Source: Eledone cirrhosa
Lineage: Eukaryota
Length of the DNA: 64,000 nt
Direction of reading: 5' to 3'
Assembly (NCBI GenBank): GCA_964016885.1
Contig: OZ024750.1
Span: forward strand, 17,732,001-17,796,000
Below are positions 53,669 to 64,000 of the stretch, one piece after another. The position numbers were made by a program, and so were the translations under genes. Position 1 is the first letter of the stretch; each line of letters begins with the position of its first letter. The notes under the pieces are model-generated. The model did not search any database. It was given only the letters and a program-made list of their open reading frames with translations, and had not been told where the DNA came from.

Positions 53669-53763
53669 TTCACAACTAGCAACCTGTTTGATGTGGCTCA
53701 CCACAAAATGGTAGACAATGGCTTCTGAAGTTCCATCTAATGTTTTTCTTCCCTATTTTGCAG

Positions 53764-53864
53764 GTTATGTCCAGGGAATGAGCGACTTGCTCTCTCCTAT
53801 ATTAGTAATAATGGAAAATGAAGTTGATGCTTTTTGGTGCTTTGCTGGTTTTATGGAAAATGTT
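53764..53864 (+). CDS. TBC1D15: TBC1D15 exon 11 (YVQGMSDLLSPIL...DAFWCF), glutamine finger
   Basis: ttgcag acceptor, GTT|gtaagt donor, 101 nt. Confidence 0.95.
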
Positions 53865-53937
53865 GTAAGTTTTTCTTTTCTTTTTGTCAATCTTAACTCT
53901 TTTGATACCAACCCAAAATCATCTCTGGTTCTCTTAA

Positions 53938-54158
53938 CCCTTTAGCATTTAAACCGGCCATATCCAGCCAGAATTCTCTCACCTCTTTCTGTTTAAACCG
54001 GCCATAACTGGCTGCTCATACTTAAGTTAAAGTATTCTTCTCAAAATATATAATATCAAAATCTCGAAGATTCAATATTATGTGAGATAATTATGTGAAA
54101 TAAAGTCTTTACCACAAAAATACAATAGTATATATAAAGTAATGTAAATGCTAAAGGG
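53938..54158 (+). mobile_element. piggyBac-type MITE, family A
   Basis: TTAA|CCCTTTAGCATTTA...TAAATGCTAAAGGG. Confidence 0.85.
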
Positions 54159-54309
54159 TTTATCAGTTAGTTAATCAACTAATTATCAACATTTGTCACA
54201 ACCTATGACCTTATTATTGACTCGTACCCTCTGTATCTCCTCTTCATCTACACTTGCTTCTTCTATGTTAAGATATTTACCATGTTTGGCTATTTTGTAT
54301 TACTTCCAG

Positions 54310-54409
54310 AGCAGTAATTTTGAAATGGATCAACAAGGCATGAAAACTCAGCTAGCACAGATGCACACTTTGATGCAATTTGTTGACCCTGAATTGTGCA
54401 CTTATCTTG
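54310..54409 (+). CDS. TBC1D15: TBC1D15 exon 12 (SSNFEMDQQGMKTQL...CTYL)
   Basis: ttccag acceptor, G|gtatgt donor, 100 nt. Confidence 0.94.
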
Positions 54410-54448
54410 GTATGTAGTTATATTTCTTAGTTGGAGGCCCAGACCACT

Positions 54449-55550
54449 TTTCTGTAGTATATATAAAATATTCTGTATTGTGTATATAATATATTCTGTA
54501 GTCAATATACAATATATTCTGTAGTCAATATACAATATATTCTGTAGTCAATATACAATATATTCTGTAGTGTATATATTATATATTCTGTAGTGTATAT
54601 ATTATATATTCTGTAGTGTATATATTATATATTCTGTAGTGTATATATGATATATTCTGTAGTGTATATATGATATATTCTGTAGTCAATATACAATATA
54701 TTCTGTAGTGTATATATTATATATTCTGTAGTGTATATATTATATATTCTGTAGTGTATATATTATATATTCTGTAGTGTATATATGATATATTCTGTAG
54801 TGTATATATGATATATTCTGTAGTGTATATATTATATATTCTGTAGTGTATATATAAAATATTCTGTATTGTATATATAATATATTCTGTAGTCAATATA
54901 CAATATATTCTGTAGTGTATATATTATATATTCTGTAGTGTATATATTATATATTCTGTAGTGTATATATGATATATTCTGTAGTCACTACAGTGTAGTG
55001 TATATATGATATATTCTGTAGTGTATATACAATTTATTCTGTAGTGTCTATACAACATATTCTGTAGTCTATATATAATATATTCTGTAGTGTATAAATA
55101 TATGCTGCAGTGTATATTCAATATATTCTGAAGTCTATATACAATATATTCTCTAGTCTATATGCAATATATTCTGAAGTCTATATACAATATATTCTCT
55201 AGTCTATATGCAATATATTCTGTAGTCTATATACAATTATATTCTGTAGTCTATATACAATTATATTATGTTGTGTATATACAATTATATTATGTTGTGT
55301 ATATACAATTATATTCTGTAGTATAAACATTATATCCTGCTATATATATATACAATATATCCTGCAGTGTATATATACAATATATCCTGCACTGTATATA
55401 CTATAACTTCTGCTGTGTATATATACAATAAATTCTGTAGTTTATGTATAATATATTCTGCAGTGTATATACAATATATTCTGCTGTGTATATACAATAT
55501 ATTCTGCACTTTATATACACAATATCCTACAGTATATATACAATATATTA
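54449..55550. repeat. 23-bp minisatellite filling most of intron 12
   Basis: Unit tattctgtagtgtatatat(t/g)ata, degenerating towards the 3' end. Confidence 0.92.
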
Positions 55551-55620
55551 TGCTTTTGTATGCTATTTTCTATTTGTTTGAGTAAAGAATAACTGAATAT
55601 TTTATGAATTCTAATTTCAG

Positions 55621-55718
55621 AGAGTCATGATTCTGGTAACTTCTACTTTTGTTTCCGTTGGTTGCTGATTGTATTTAAAAGGGAATTTAGTTTCCCAGAC
55701 ATTCAGAGATTATGGGAG
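55621..55718 (+). CDS. TBC1D15: TBC1D15 exon 13 (ESHDSGNFYFCFRWLLIVFKREFSFPDIQRLWE)
   Basis: tttcag acceptor, GAG|gtaaag donor, 98 nt. Confidence 0.95.
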
Positions 55719-55984
55719 GTAAAGTATAGACATTTTGTTTTAAATTTTAATATCTGATAGTGTTATTGTAGCTATGTGTATCATCATCATCATTGTTTAA
55801 CGTCCATCTTCCATGTTAGCATGGGTAGGACGGGCTGTCTCTTTGTGAGAGATCAGGTCGGGGAACTGTGATTCGCTCACACAGAATGATTTTGGTTTGG
55901 TTTCTACGGCTGGGTGCCCTTCCTAATGTCAACCACATTTACAGTGTGTGCTGTACTTTTTGTCGTGACACCTACACGACCACT

Positions 55985-56305
55985 GGTTTAGAATAGGTAT
56001 ATGATATCCCTGTGTGTATCCAGTTTAGAATAGGTACACCAAATCGCTGAGTGTATCTGGTTTAGAATAGATACACCATATCTTGTGTGTGTCTAATTTA
56101 GAATAACCACACCATATGCTTATAATTATCTCGTTTAGAATTGGTCCACTATCCCTGTGTGTATATCTAGTTTAGAATAGAAACTCCATATTTCTGTGTG
56201 CATTTGGTTTAGAATAGGTAAATTGTATCCGTGTATCCCACTTAGAATATGTACACCATATTCTTGTATGTATCTAGTTTACAATAGGTACACCATATTT
56301 CTGTA
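55985..56305. repeat. About 41-bp minisatellite with dispersed relatives
   Basis: Core gtttagaataggtacac. Also seen at 32815-32930 and, reversed, at 2718-2745 and 29730-29905. Confidence 0.75.
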
Positions 56306-56517
56306 TGATCTATGAGGTGTGTTTCTGTTTGAATGTTGTCAATTTTTTTCTATATTTCCACCTAAATTATGTTATATGCTCCGAAAACTTCATTCAAAAT
56401 GGTGAAGGTGTTTACAACTGGTGAAGTATATTTGCTGAGTGTTGTCAATTTTTCTGTCTTCCTAAAAGTGTTACATGTTACAAAAAGCTCAGTTGTTCCT
56501 TTGTGTTTTCTTCCTAG

Positions 56518-56634
56518 GTGTTATGGACTGGGTTACCCTGTAAAAACTACCATTTGCTCATTTGTCTGGCTATATTAGATAATGAGAAAGCTACATTAAT
56601 GGAGAATAGATTTGGTTTCACAGAAATCTTGAAA
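56518..56634 (+). CDS. TBC1D15: TBC1D15 exon 14 (VLWTGLPCKNYHLL...GFTEILK)
   Basis: cctag acceptor, AAA|gtaagt donor, 117 nt. Confidence 0.95.
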
Positions 56635-57003
56635 GTAAGTATTAACTCTTATCAAATTTAACATTGGATTAGCTTCGTTGTTTTACCCCAGTATTGCTGT
56701 GTATTTTACTGTCTCAGAATAATATTACATGTTAGTTTTTCTAAAGAATTCTTAATAAGGCAAGAAATATTTTGGTCATATTTTATTTATTTATTTTGTC
56801 TGTGCCTGTGCTTCACAAACCAAACTAAAACATACCGGTTATATATTTGGTACACAGGGAGTGGGAGGTAAAGGATGCACCATTATGTATGTCTTTGGCA
56901 CATAGTTTTAGCTGTAATTTTCTCTTCCAACGTATGCCCCCCCCCCCCCCCCCCCCCTTTTTTTTTTTCTGATAAATATCTAAATCTGAGATTTTATTTG
57001 CAG

Positions 57004-57267
57004 CACATCAATGATATGTCATTTACCATCAAGGTAGACCAGATTCTGAACAAAGCTGAAAGTATTTGTCTACAGTTGAAGAAATATAAGAAACTACCTC
57101 AAGCAATTAAAGATATCTTAGAACTGGCTGTGTCCTCCTCTCCATCTACATCAGGCAACAGTTCTGGTAGCACCACCCCAGCGTCTGTAACTTCTCACAG
57201 TCAATGTTCAGACTCTGCGAAAGATTATTGTTCTGGTACAGTTACAGAACATTTCACCTATGGATAA
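57004..57267 (+). CDS. TBC1D15: TBC1D15 exon 15 coding part (HINDMS... Ser-rich tail ...HFTYG*)
   Basis: ttgcag acceptor, conserved HINxxS motif, TAA stop at 57265-57267. Confidence 0.92.
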   Translation, partial: HINDMSFTIKVDQILNKAESICLQLKKYKKLPQAIKDILELAVSSSPSTSGNSSGSTTPASVTSHSQCSDSAKDYCSGTVTEHFTYG

Positions 57268-59546
57268 CAGCAAATTCTTAAAAGTAGATTTCAAAACTAA
57301 ACAAACTAAAAGTCTGTGTATCTACAAATATTCTACTGACCAGCAACAATATATCTCAACCAAGCTAATGTTTTATTATTTTGTAGTTTCCAGAAGGACT
57401 TTTTTTTTTTATTTTATGTTTTTCTCCATATAAACAACGGAGCTTCGGGGGAAGTATTGCTACTCAACTGATCTGACTGTTCAGTCATTGATAACAACCA
57501 AGAGATTCTAGATTTGATCGCACTGTGTGATATCTTAGACAAGTGTACTGTGAATTATGTTAAAGGTACACTTGTTTATAGAATACTCAGCTATTTAGAC
57601 TACAATATAAAATGGACTGTACCTATAATTCAAAGAGCCAGCTTTGTTATACATGTTGTGTCACACTGAATCTTCTTGTGAATTATATTCAAGGTATATG
57701 TGTCTGTAGAATATTTAGTCACTGACAATATAATATGGACTGTAGCTGTGATTGAAAGTGTTATAGTGTCATGCTGAATCTCCCTGTGAATTACGTTAAG
57801 GCTATATATATTTATGGAATACTCAACCACTGACTCGTTAATTTAACAAGTAGGCTGTTCTATTGAACGAACAACTGAAACATTCATCGTCGAAACTAAA
57901 GGAGGACCATTTACAATGATGACATCATTTATCTCCCTTTGAACCTTCATTTTTTTTTTTTTTTTTTTCGTGTGTTTTTCTTAATTTTTGTGGGGTTTTC
58001 TGGTTTCCCATGTCTGAGAAACCAGTTTAACTTCATTACTTCTTTATTTAATATACTCCGACTTAGCTTTTTAATCTTCTTTCTTGTAGCAATTGTTGTA
58101 CTGTTGTTATAGATGAAGGCATTTTAAACTGTACTGGTGGCTGGTGTACAGTTATAGCTGGAAACATATTTGAAATAATCAGCCAGTCATCTCTTAAATA
58201 GTTTAAATTGTGTGTATGTGTACATAATGAATGAGTGTGTGTATAATATATGTATATCTGTATATATCATCATTTTATGTCCATTTTTTTTTCATGTAAA
58301 GTATGTATGTATAATGTTCAGTTTATATTTAAACTGAATTTACAAGTATTTTTGTCTTCCTCTTAAAAAAACTCAGGACTAAATATATATAAACTAAATA
58401 TAAACCTTTACTTTATAAAAATTACAGTTTCACTAAAATAGAAGTTTTTCTTAACTTTCCTATCCATTCCATTTGCTTCTCACCTCTCCTCTCTCTATTG
58501 CAACTGTCTCAATATAGCCATCCTTTAGTTGTTGCGCAAACTTCTTAACCCTTTCGTTACCATATTTTAAATGGAAGACTGCTCGTGATAGTTTCAAATA
58601 GTTTCTCTTAAGTTGGTGTTTGAAACAACTTAACAAAGGTGGTTATATAATTCTCTTACCTAACCTAGCTCTGTCACAGTACCAGAGACCCAACCATTTA
58701 TCCTGGCACCCTTCTATCCTGTCGCTACCATTTTTTAAGCTGTAGTTTCTGTTCTATAGACTTTTTTCTTTAAATTCCTTGATTTCTTTTTTTTTTTTTT
58801 TTATTGCTGTTGACAATCTCTTTCAGTTATCATCATCATGCATGTTTTGTAAATTATATTTTCATCATTTCAATTATTTTCTCCTGAAAGAATTTATTAA
58901 TTCAATCATTACCTGAAGTTGTAGAGTAAATTAAACAATTTCTTAAAAGAAATATATTTTAAAATAGTTTTTTAATTATGAAAACAATCTCTCTTTAAAA
59001 TATTAATCTTATATCTAGCTAGTATCCATGTATTATTCTAAACATATGTCCTCCACCCTACTACCCTCACTAAGTTAACTGTAAGGTACATTATACATAG
59101 TCCCACCCTGCCTTCAATAACTCCACAGTAAGATACATTATGCATGTTCCCACCCTTCAAAATGTCCACAGTAAGATATATACATATTCCTACCCTTCAC
59201 AATGTCCACTGTGATGTACATGTTCTCATCTTTCACTAAATTCACTGTAAGATCATCATCATCGCTTAACGTCCATCTTCCACGTTAGCATGGGTAAGAC
59301 GGGAGTTGTCCCACTTGAGGCAATGTTGGTCGGGTGACCACATTTAGTGTTCCCACCCCACAGTACGTTATATAATGCATGTTCTCACTCCCTCACTAAG
59401 TCCACAGTAAGATATCTTATACATAATTCTTTATTATGACCTTTGCTAAGACATTTTAAAGAACACCACCCTCTTTATTCTAGCCGTCAACTTTTCTCTC
59501 TTTTCCTTGTTCATCCATACCATCTGTCTCTTTTCTTCCTCATTGC

Positions 59547-59600
<54 letters not shown>

Positions 59601-60593
59601 TCTATTAAACACACTCCTAGTCTTCCTTCCAATTTTTAGAAGTCATTCTATGTAAAACATCTTCCTGTGTAAATATTTTTTCCTCTGACAAAACTCTTAA
59701 CACTGGATGAATATTTATTATTGAAGGAGGTAATTAACCTTCTGTATAAACATTAAGTTGTATGTACACATTGAAGTACCTGTGTGTATATATACACAGT
59801 GAAGTACCTGTGTGTATGTATACACATTGACGTTTCTGTGTGTATACATGTTGATACTCTGTGTGTGTACACATGAAGTTTGGTGTGTATATGAACACAT
59901 TGACATGCTGGTGTATGTATACATGACTTTCCTGTGTGTATGTACATATGAAGTTCTGGTGTGTATATGTACACATTAACATTCCTGTGTGTGTGTGTGT
60001 GTGTATATGTGCACATTTATGTTCTGGTGTTTGTACACATTCAAGTTTGTTAATACTCCAGTTACAAAACGTGTACATGTACCACATGTATCTATAAACT
60101 CTTCTTTAAATAAAAGAACAAGCATCTTTCTCTTATCCTTCTATCATAATTGCCTTAAATTCTCTCAACATAGAAACGACATGTCATCATTGCCTGTATA
60201 ATATTTATACAGTTTACTACTTAGTGTTAGATAGCCACACCATTAACTGATAACGATTTCTATTATTTTCAACACTGCTGATGCTGCAAACACTTACCAT
60301 GTGATCAGTCCTGAAATTTCCAACATGATTTGAACAGCTTTTTGGTTAACTTCTCCTAGTTTTATTCTTTTATTAATGTCTATTTAGGTTGCTGGCAGTG
60401 ATTTATGTAAATATATCTTAAAACTGTATATTGTATGGAATCTTTCATAAAGATGTGCTGGAAACAGTTGTAAAGAGAAAATATAAAACTTGTATATGTG
60501 AATCTAATGTTGTTTTTTGTTTGTTTTTATTCGGTTGGTGGCCAGTTTTTTTTTTTTGTTTTTTATCAGATGGTTTGATGGCAAAGATTTTAA

Positions 60594-60804
60594 CCCTTTA
60601 GCATTCACATTACTCTATATTTACTATTTTATTTTCACAGAAAAGGCTTTATCTCACATAATAATCATGCATAATATCTAATCTACAATATTTTGATCTT
60701 ATTTATTTTGAGAACAATACCTTAACGTTGGTATGAACGGCTGGTTATGATTGGTTTGAACAGCAAGAGGTGAGAGAATTATGGCCGGTTTAAATGCTAA
60801 AAGG
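60594..60804 (-). mobile_element. piggyBac-type MITE, family A
   Basis: TTAA flanks, TIRs, reverse orientation. Confidence 0.8.
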
Positions 60805-61289
60805 TTAAAGCATGAGATTATATGCTTTGGTATTCGTTCCAACCCACTGCACTCTCAGTTCAAATCTTAACTTTTGCTTTTTATCATTTTGGGGTCAATG
60901 AAACAAAGTATCAGTCCATGGGTATAAGAATTGTTAAAGCGTCGGTCAAGATGATTTGAAATATCTGCTCTCGATCTGTGCATATTGAGTTCAAATCCAG
61001 CCTTCTGTCACCACAAAAATGGTGACACTTCTGCCAAGAGTTACCAGATAGTATCAGCAATGGAAACATATTTTAGTCTGCCAGTTGTAACTGATAGTAT
61101 CAACAATGGAAACTATTTTACGGGAAGGTCTAATCTGATAATTGGCAAATTTTTTCTTTCTTTGTAACTTCTGTTATTGATAAAGTAAATATCGAGGTCG
61201 TTATTATTGCCCAGTTATATTTCCATCATACTTGCATCACAAAAAAATTGAAAATTAATACCGGCAAATATTTTCTGAAACAAACATCC

Positions 61290-61590
61290 ACCTCCCTTGA
61301 CTTTCGTAAACATTTTTTTCACGCTCAGAGATGCTGAAGCATGGAACAAACTGCCTGCGTCAGTTGTTAGCTGCCGAGACACTGCATCCTTTAAAACCCT
61401 CATGCTTCCCAAAATACGCCAAAACTACACCTGATATACACGTGTGCATGTGTATGGAAAGGGTACATCATGACTTATGCACTGTTCATTTTCCTGACGT
61501 TTGTACATTACCCTATGTACTATACATACACTTTTTGATGAGTTATAGTGCACCTGAGCACTGTACACAATATTTCATTATTATTATTAA
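61290..61590 (+). mobile_element. CR1-clade LINE 3' end (reverse tail copy at about 22540-22610)
   Basis: FRKHFF..EAWNKLPASVVSCRDTASFKT, then a 3' UTR ending gtgcacctgagcactgtacac..(att)n. Confidence 0.75.
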
Positions 61591-61899
61591 AACGATATCC
61601 TAATTCTACAAGAAAGGCTTTAATGATATAATTTGATACTAGAACCAGCTCATACAGCAAAGTAGTAGTGTTGGTGCATTGAAAAAAAAGGCACTCAGTC
61701 CATCTTGTTAGGTGGTAGTGGACGATGAAACGTACACCAGCACATGCCGTAAATGGCATCCAACTGTAAACATTATGCCAGAATGGAACGTATGAATACG
61801 ATGCAGTCATCTGACCTGTTTAAACTTAACCCATCTAACCCATGCAAACATGGAAAATTTACTTAAAACCGTGATGTTGATAATGACATGACAATAATG

Positions 61900-62470
61900 T
61901 GTGGTGTGAAGGAGATTTGGCTGCTATTTCTAATGTTGATTTCAATATTTTACTTCTTCGTACTGACATTGTCATCCAGTTATCTCCCTTGTTCCGCTCT
62001 TTTCCTCTTGAATCAGGCCATCGTGTTTTTCTTTTTGCGGTCGAAATATTTTGTCTGAATTAATAAAACGAAAAATTTGAAGGGTTAAAAAAAGAAAATG
62101 TAAAACGATTTCAACAAAGCGTGCAGCTTCTTTGTAGCGGACTTGACCTGCTAGAAATAGCAACTAAATCTCCCTCACATCACACCCAACTGCTTCTCGT
62201 ATGAACCACAGAAGGAGCCCTTCACATGGTATTGAGACAAGTTTGAAATAGCGACCAAATTTCCCTCAAATTACATCCTACTGTTTAAAGAATGTATGAG
62301 TTAAAGATGGAAACCTCTACGCAATGTTTCGACCTGCTAGAATTAGCAACAATATATCACACACTACTGCCTCATGTATGTATGAGTCAAATTGCGACGC
62401 CCCTATATATCTAGACATGATTGAAATAGCAACTAAATCTCCTTAACACAACACTCTACTGATACTTATC
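61900..62470. repeat. Cluster of a dispersed repeat with core acctgctagaaatagca.c.aaatctccctca (also at about 8900-9200, 9830-10450, 14000 and 28095)
   Basis: Recurrent motif in both orientations. Family unknown. Confidence 0.55.
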
Positions 62471-64000
62471 AGTGACTATCGACTGGTTTTTAGTCCATTA
62501 TTACCCTGTTTCTATTTGTACAGGTCCAATGACCTCCGTAACTGCCATATAATATAAGGGAGATAACTCTCAATGTAAAGTTGTTGACATTCGGACAAAA
62601 CAAACAAACAAAAAACGACCAACCTATAAGGATGTATTGAATATTTAATAAAATACTATAAAACTGGGTTTCGAAGTGATGGTGGGTGGATGCCACGTAC
62701 TGTCTTCTGCATGTTGTTCCCGTGACTTTGGGGTCGATGCTAGTGTTTTTAATTCTTTCAATTGGTTGTTGTAGCGTCACGTGACAGCCACGTGATTTCT
62801 TGCTTGTATTGAGATCGCTGTAGAAGATTTAACACGTCTGTCTGGTGTTTTTCGTGCAGAAAACATGGTCTTTATATCTAAAATGATGTTGATTGCCTCA
62901 ATGCTGTTGGCTTTGGCTCGTTCAAGGGTTATATGGTCTTCCCACTTGATCATAATTGATAACATTTCTGTTGAAATCGTTCCAGTTTCCAGATATCCCA
63001 GTAGTACAAAGTTTATGTTCCATAGTTGTTGAATAAGATGGAAACAACAACGTTTCGATACACTGAGCTTGGATTGTAGATTCTGGTTTCCAAAAGTGAC
63101 ATGCGCGGCTCAGATCCTGTTCTCAACATCTTTTTTTTCAATTACATAGTGTAAAGAGGATGCTTTTGAGGTATAAGAGTTGGTCTATTTGTTCCAGCAG
63201 TGTATTAAAGATGGTGATAAAGAAATCAGGAAAGATGGTGTTTGGTTGTGCAATTATTTTTGTCATCTGGATGCTGATTGTCAGACCTCTTCACATCCTT
63301 TGAGCCCAAAGGCTGTGTAGAGAGGTTACCTTTTAATTGTCATTACACTCTTAGGCAATCAGTCATGTTCAGGGAAAAAAAAAAAACACAATCTTTGATT
63401 TAGTAGCTAAAATCCTCATGGGGACAATCTGTTATCTCTAACCTGGGTGGGTCTAGAAGGCCATAACTCGAAAAATGTAGCAAAAGTCCCTAAGAGCCGA
63501 ACATGAAATGACATGATCTTGTGGAAGAGAGCAATACTAAGTAGACTTGGTAAGGTGCAACTAAAGCTATATCTGATTTAATAGCAGTCCATTGTAGTTT
63601 TGCCATCTGAGCTTGCATCCTACGTGTTCTACAAAGGATATCTTTGAGACCCTATTGCTTGGGTCACTTTCTGGCAAGTTGAGATCCACCCTAGTCCAAA
63701 TCACCTCACAGGCATTTCTTCATTGATCTTTTCTCATCTGTTATTCTTCTTTACAAAATGAAATAGTGATAGGACAAGGATGACAAGAACCAGTATTAGT
63801 GAGACTGAAAGCTTAGTCAGAACCTGCACACTGGCAGCAGATGTGTGATGATCACCTTTCTGGGAATTGTAACTATTCAAGAAACTGGTCCTGCATCTGC
63901 AACTGGGCAAACTTATTTAGAAACACCTCTTCCAAAACCAAATAGGGAAGTCCCTAGAAAATGTGGGCTAAACATTGGAAATCACTTCAAATCTGGCTGG

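Larger units (their letters stand above)
12284..57267 (+). other. TBC1D15: TBC1D15/TBC1D17-family Rab GTPase-activating protein gene, coding span of 15 exons, 625 aa
   Basis: Hand-spliced exons sum to 1878 nt with consistent phases and GT-AG introns. The protein has the TBC arginine finger (LIEKDVSRTDR), the glutamine finger (YVQGMSDLLSP), FCFRWLLIVFKREF, and N-terminal TBC1D15-type motifs (PALHFHSGG, GGFSKVT, EPGFEVIT). TBC1D15 versus TBC1D17 cannot be resolved from this sequence alone. Confidence 0.93.

Noticed and set aside
60109-60114. AATAAA as the TBC1D15 polyadenylation signal
   Set aside because: Such hexamers are common in AT-rich DNA, and a GU-rich tract near 60508-60530 is an equally plausible end. 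This needs 3'-end sequencing.

Overview
This is AT-rich eukaryotic animal DNA with dense microsatellites. The SINE, MITE and LINE repertoire suggests a coleoid cephalopod such as Octopus (inference). The window holds one complete 15-exon gene on the + strand, a TBC1D15/TBC1D17-family Rab-GAP. I spliced it by hand from ATG 12284 to TAA 57267: 1878 nt, 625 aa, all introns GT-AG and all phases consistent. The rest is repeats: tRNA-derived SINEs, eight copies of a TTAA/CCCTTT piggyBac-type MITE, an hAT MITE, a Tc1/mariner-type MITE, CR1 and RTE LINE fragments, a 5.3-kb TA/TG microsatellite and several minisatellites, including a 60-copy 58-bp array. The most interesting signals are hammerhead-ribozyme-like cores in short Penelope/retrozyme-like repeats (1-56, 21242-21293, 32071-32122), a candidate microexon next to the LIR motif, a Ser codon where Gly is expected that A-to-I editing could restore, and a tandem repeat that multiplied a splice donor. 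I saw no prokaryotic systems or CRISPR arrays. The very long ORFs in the track are microsatellite artefacts.
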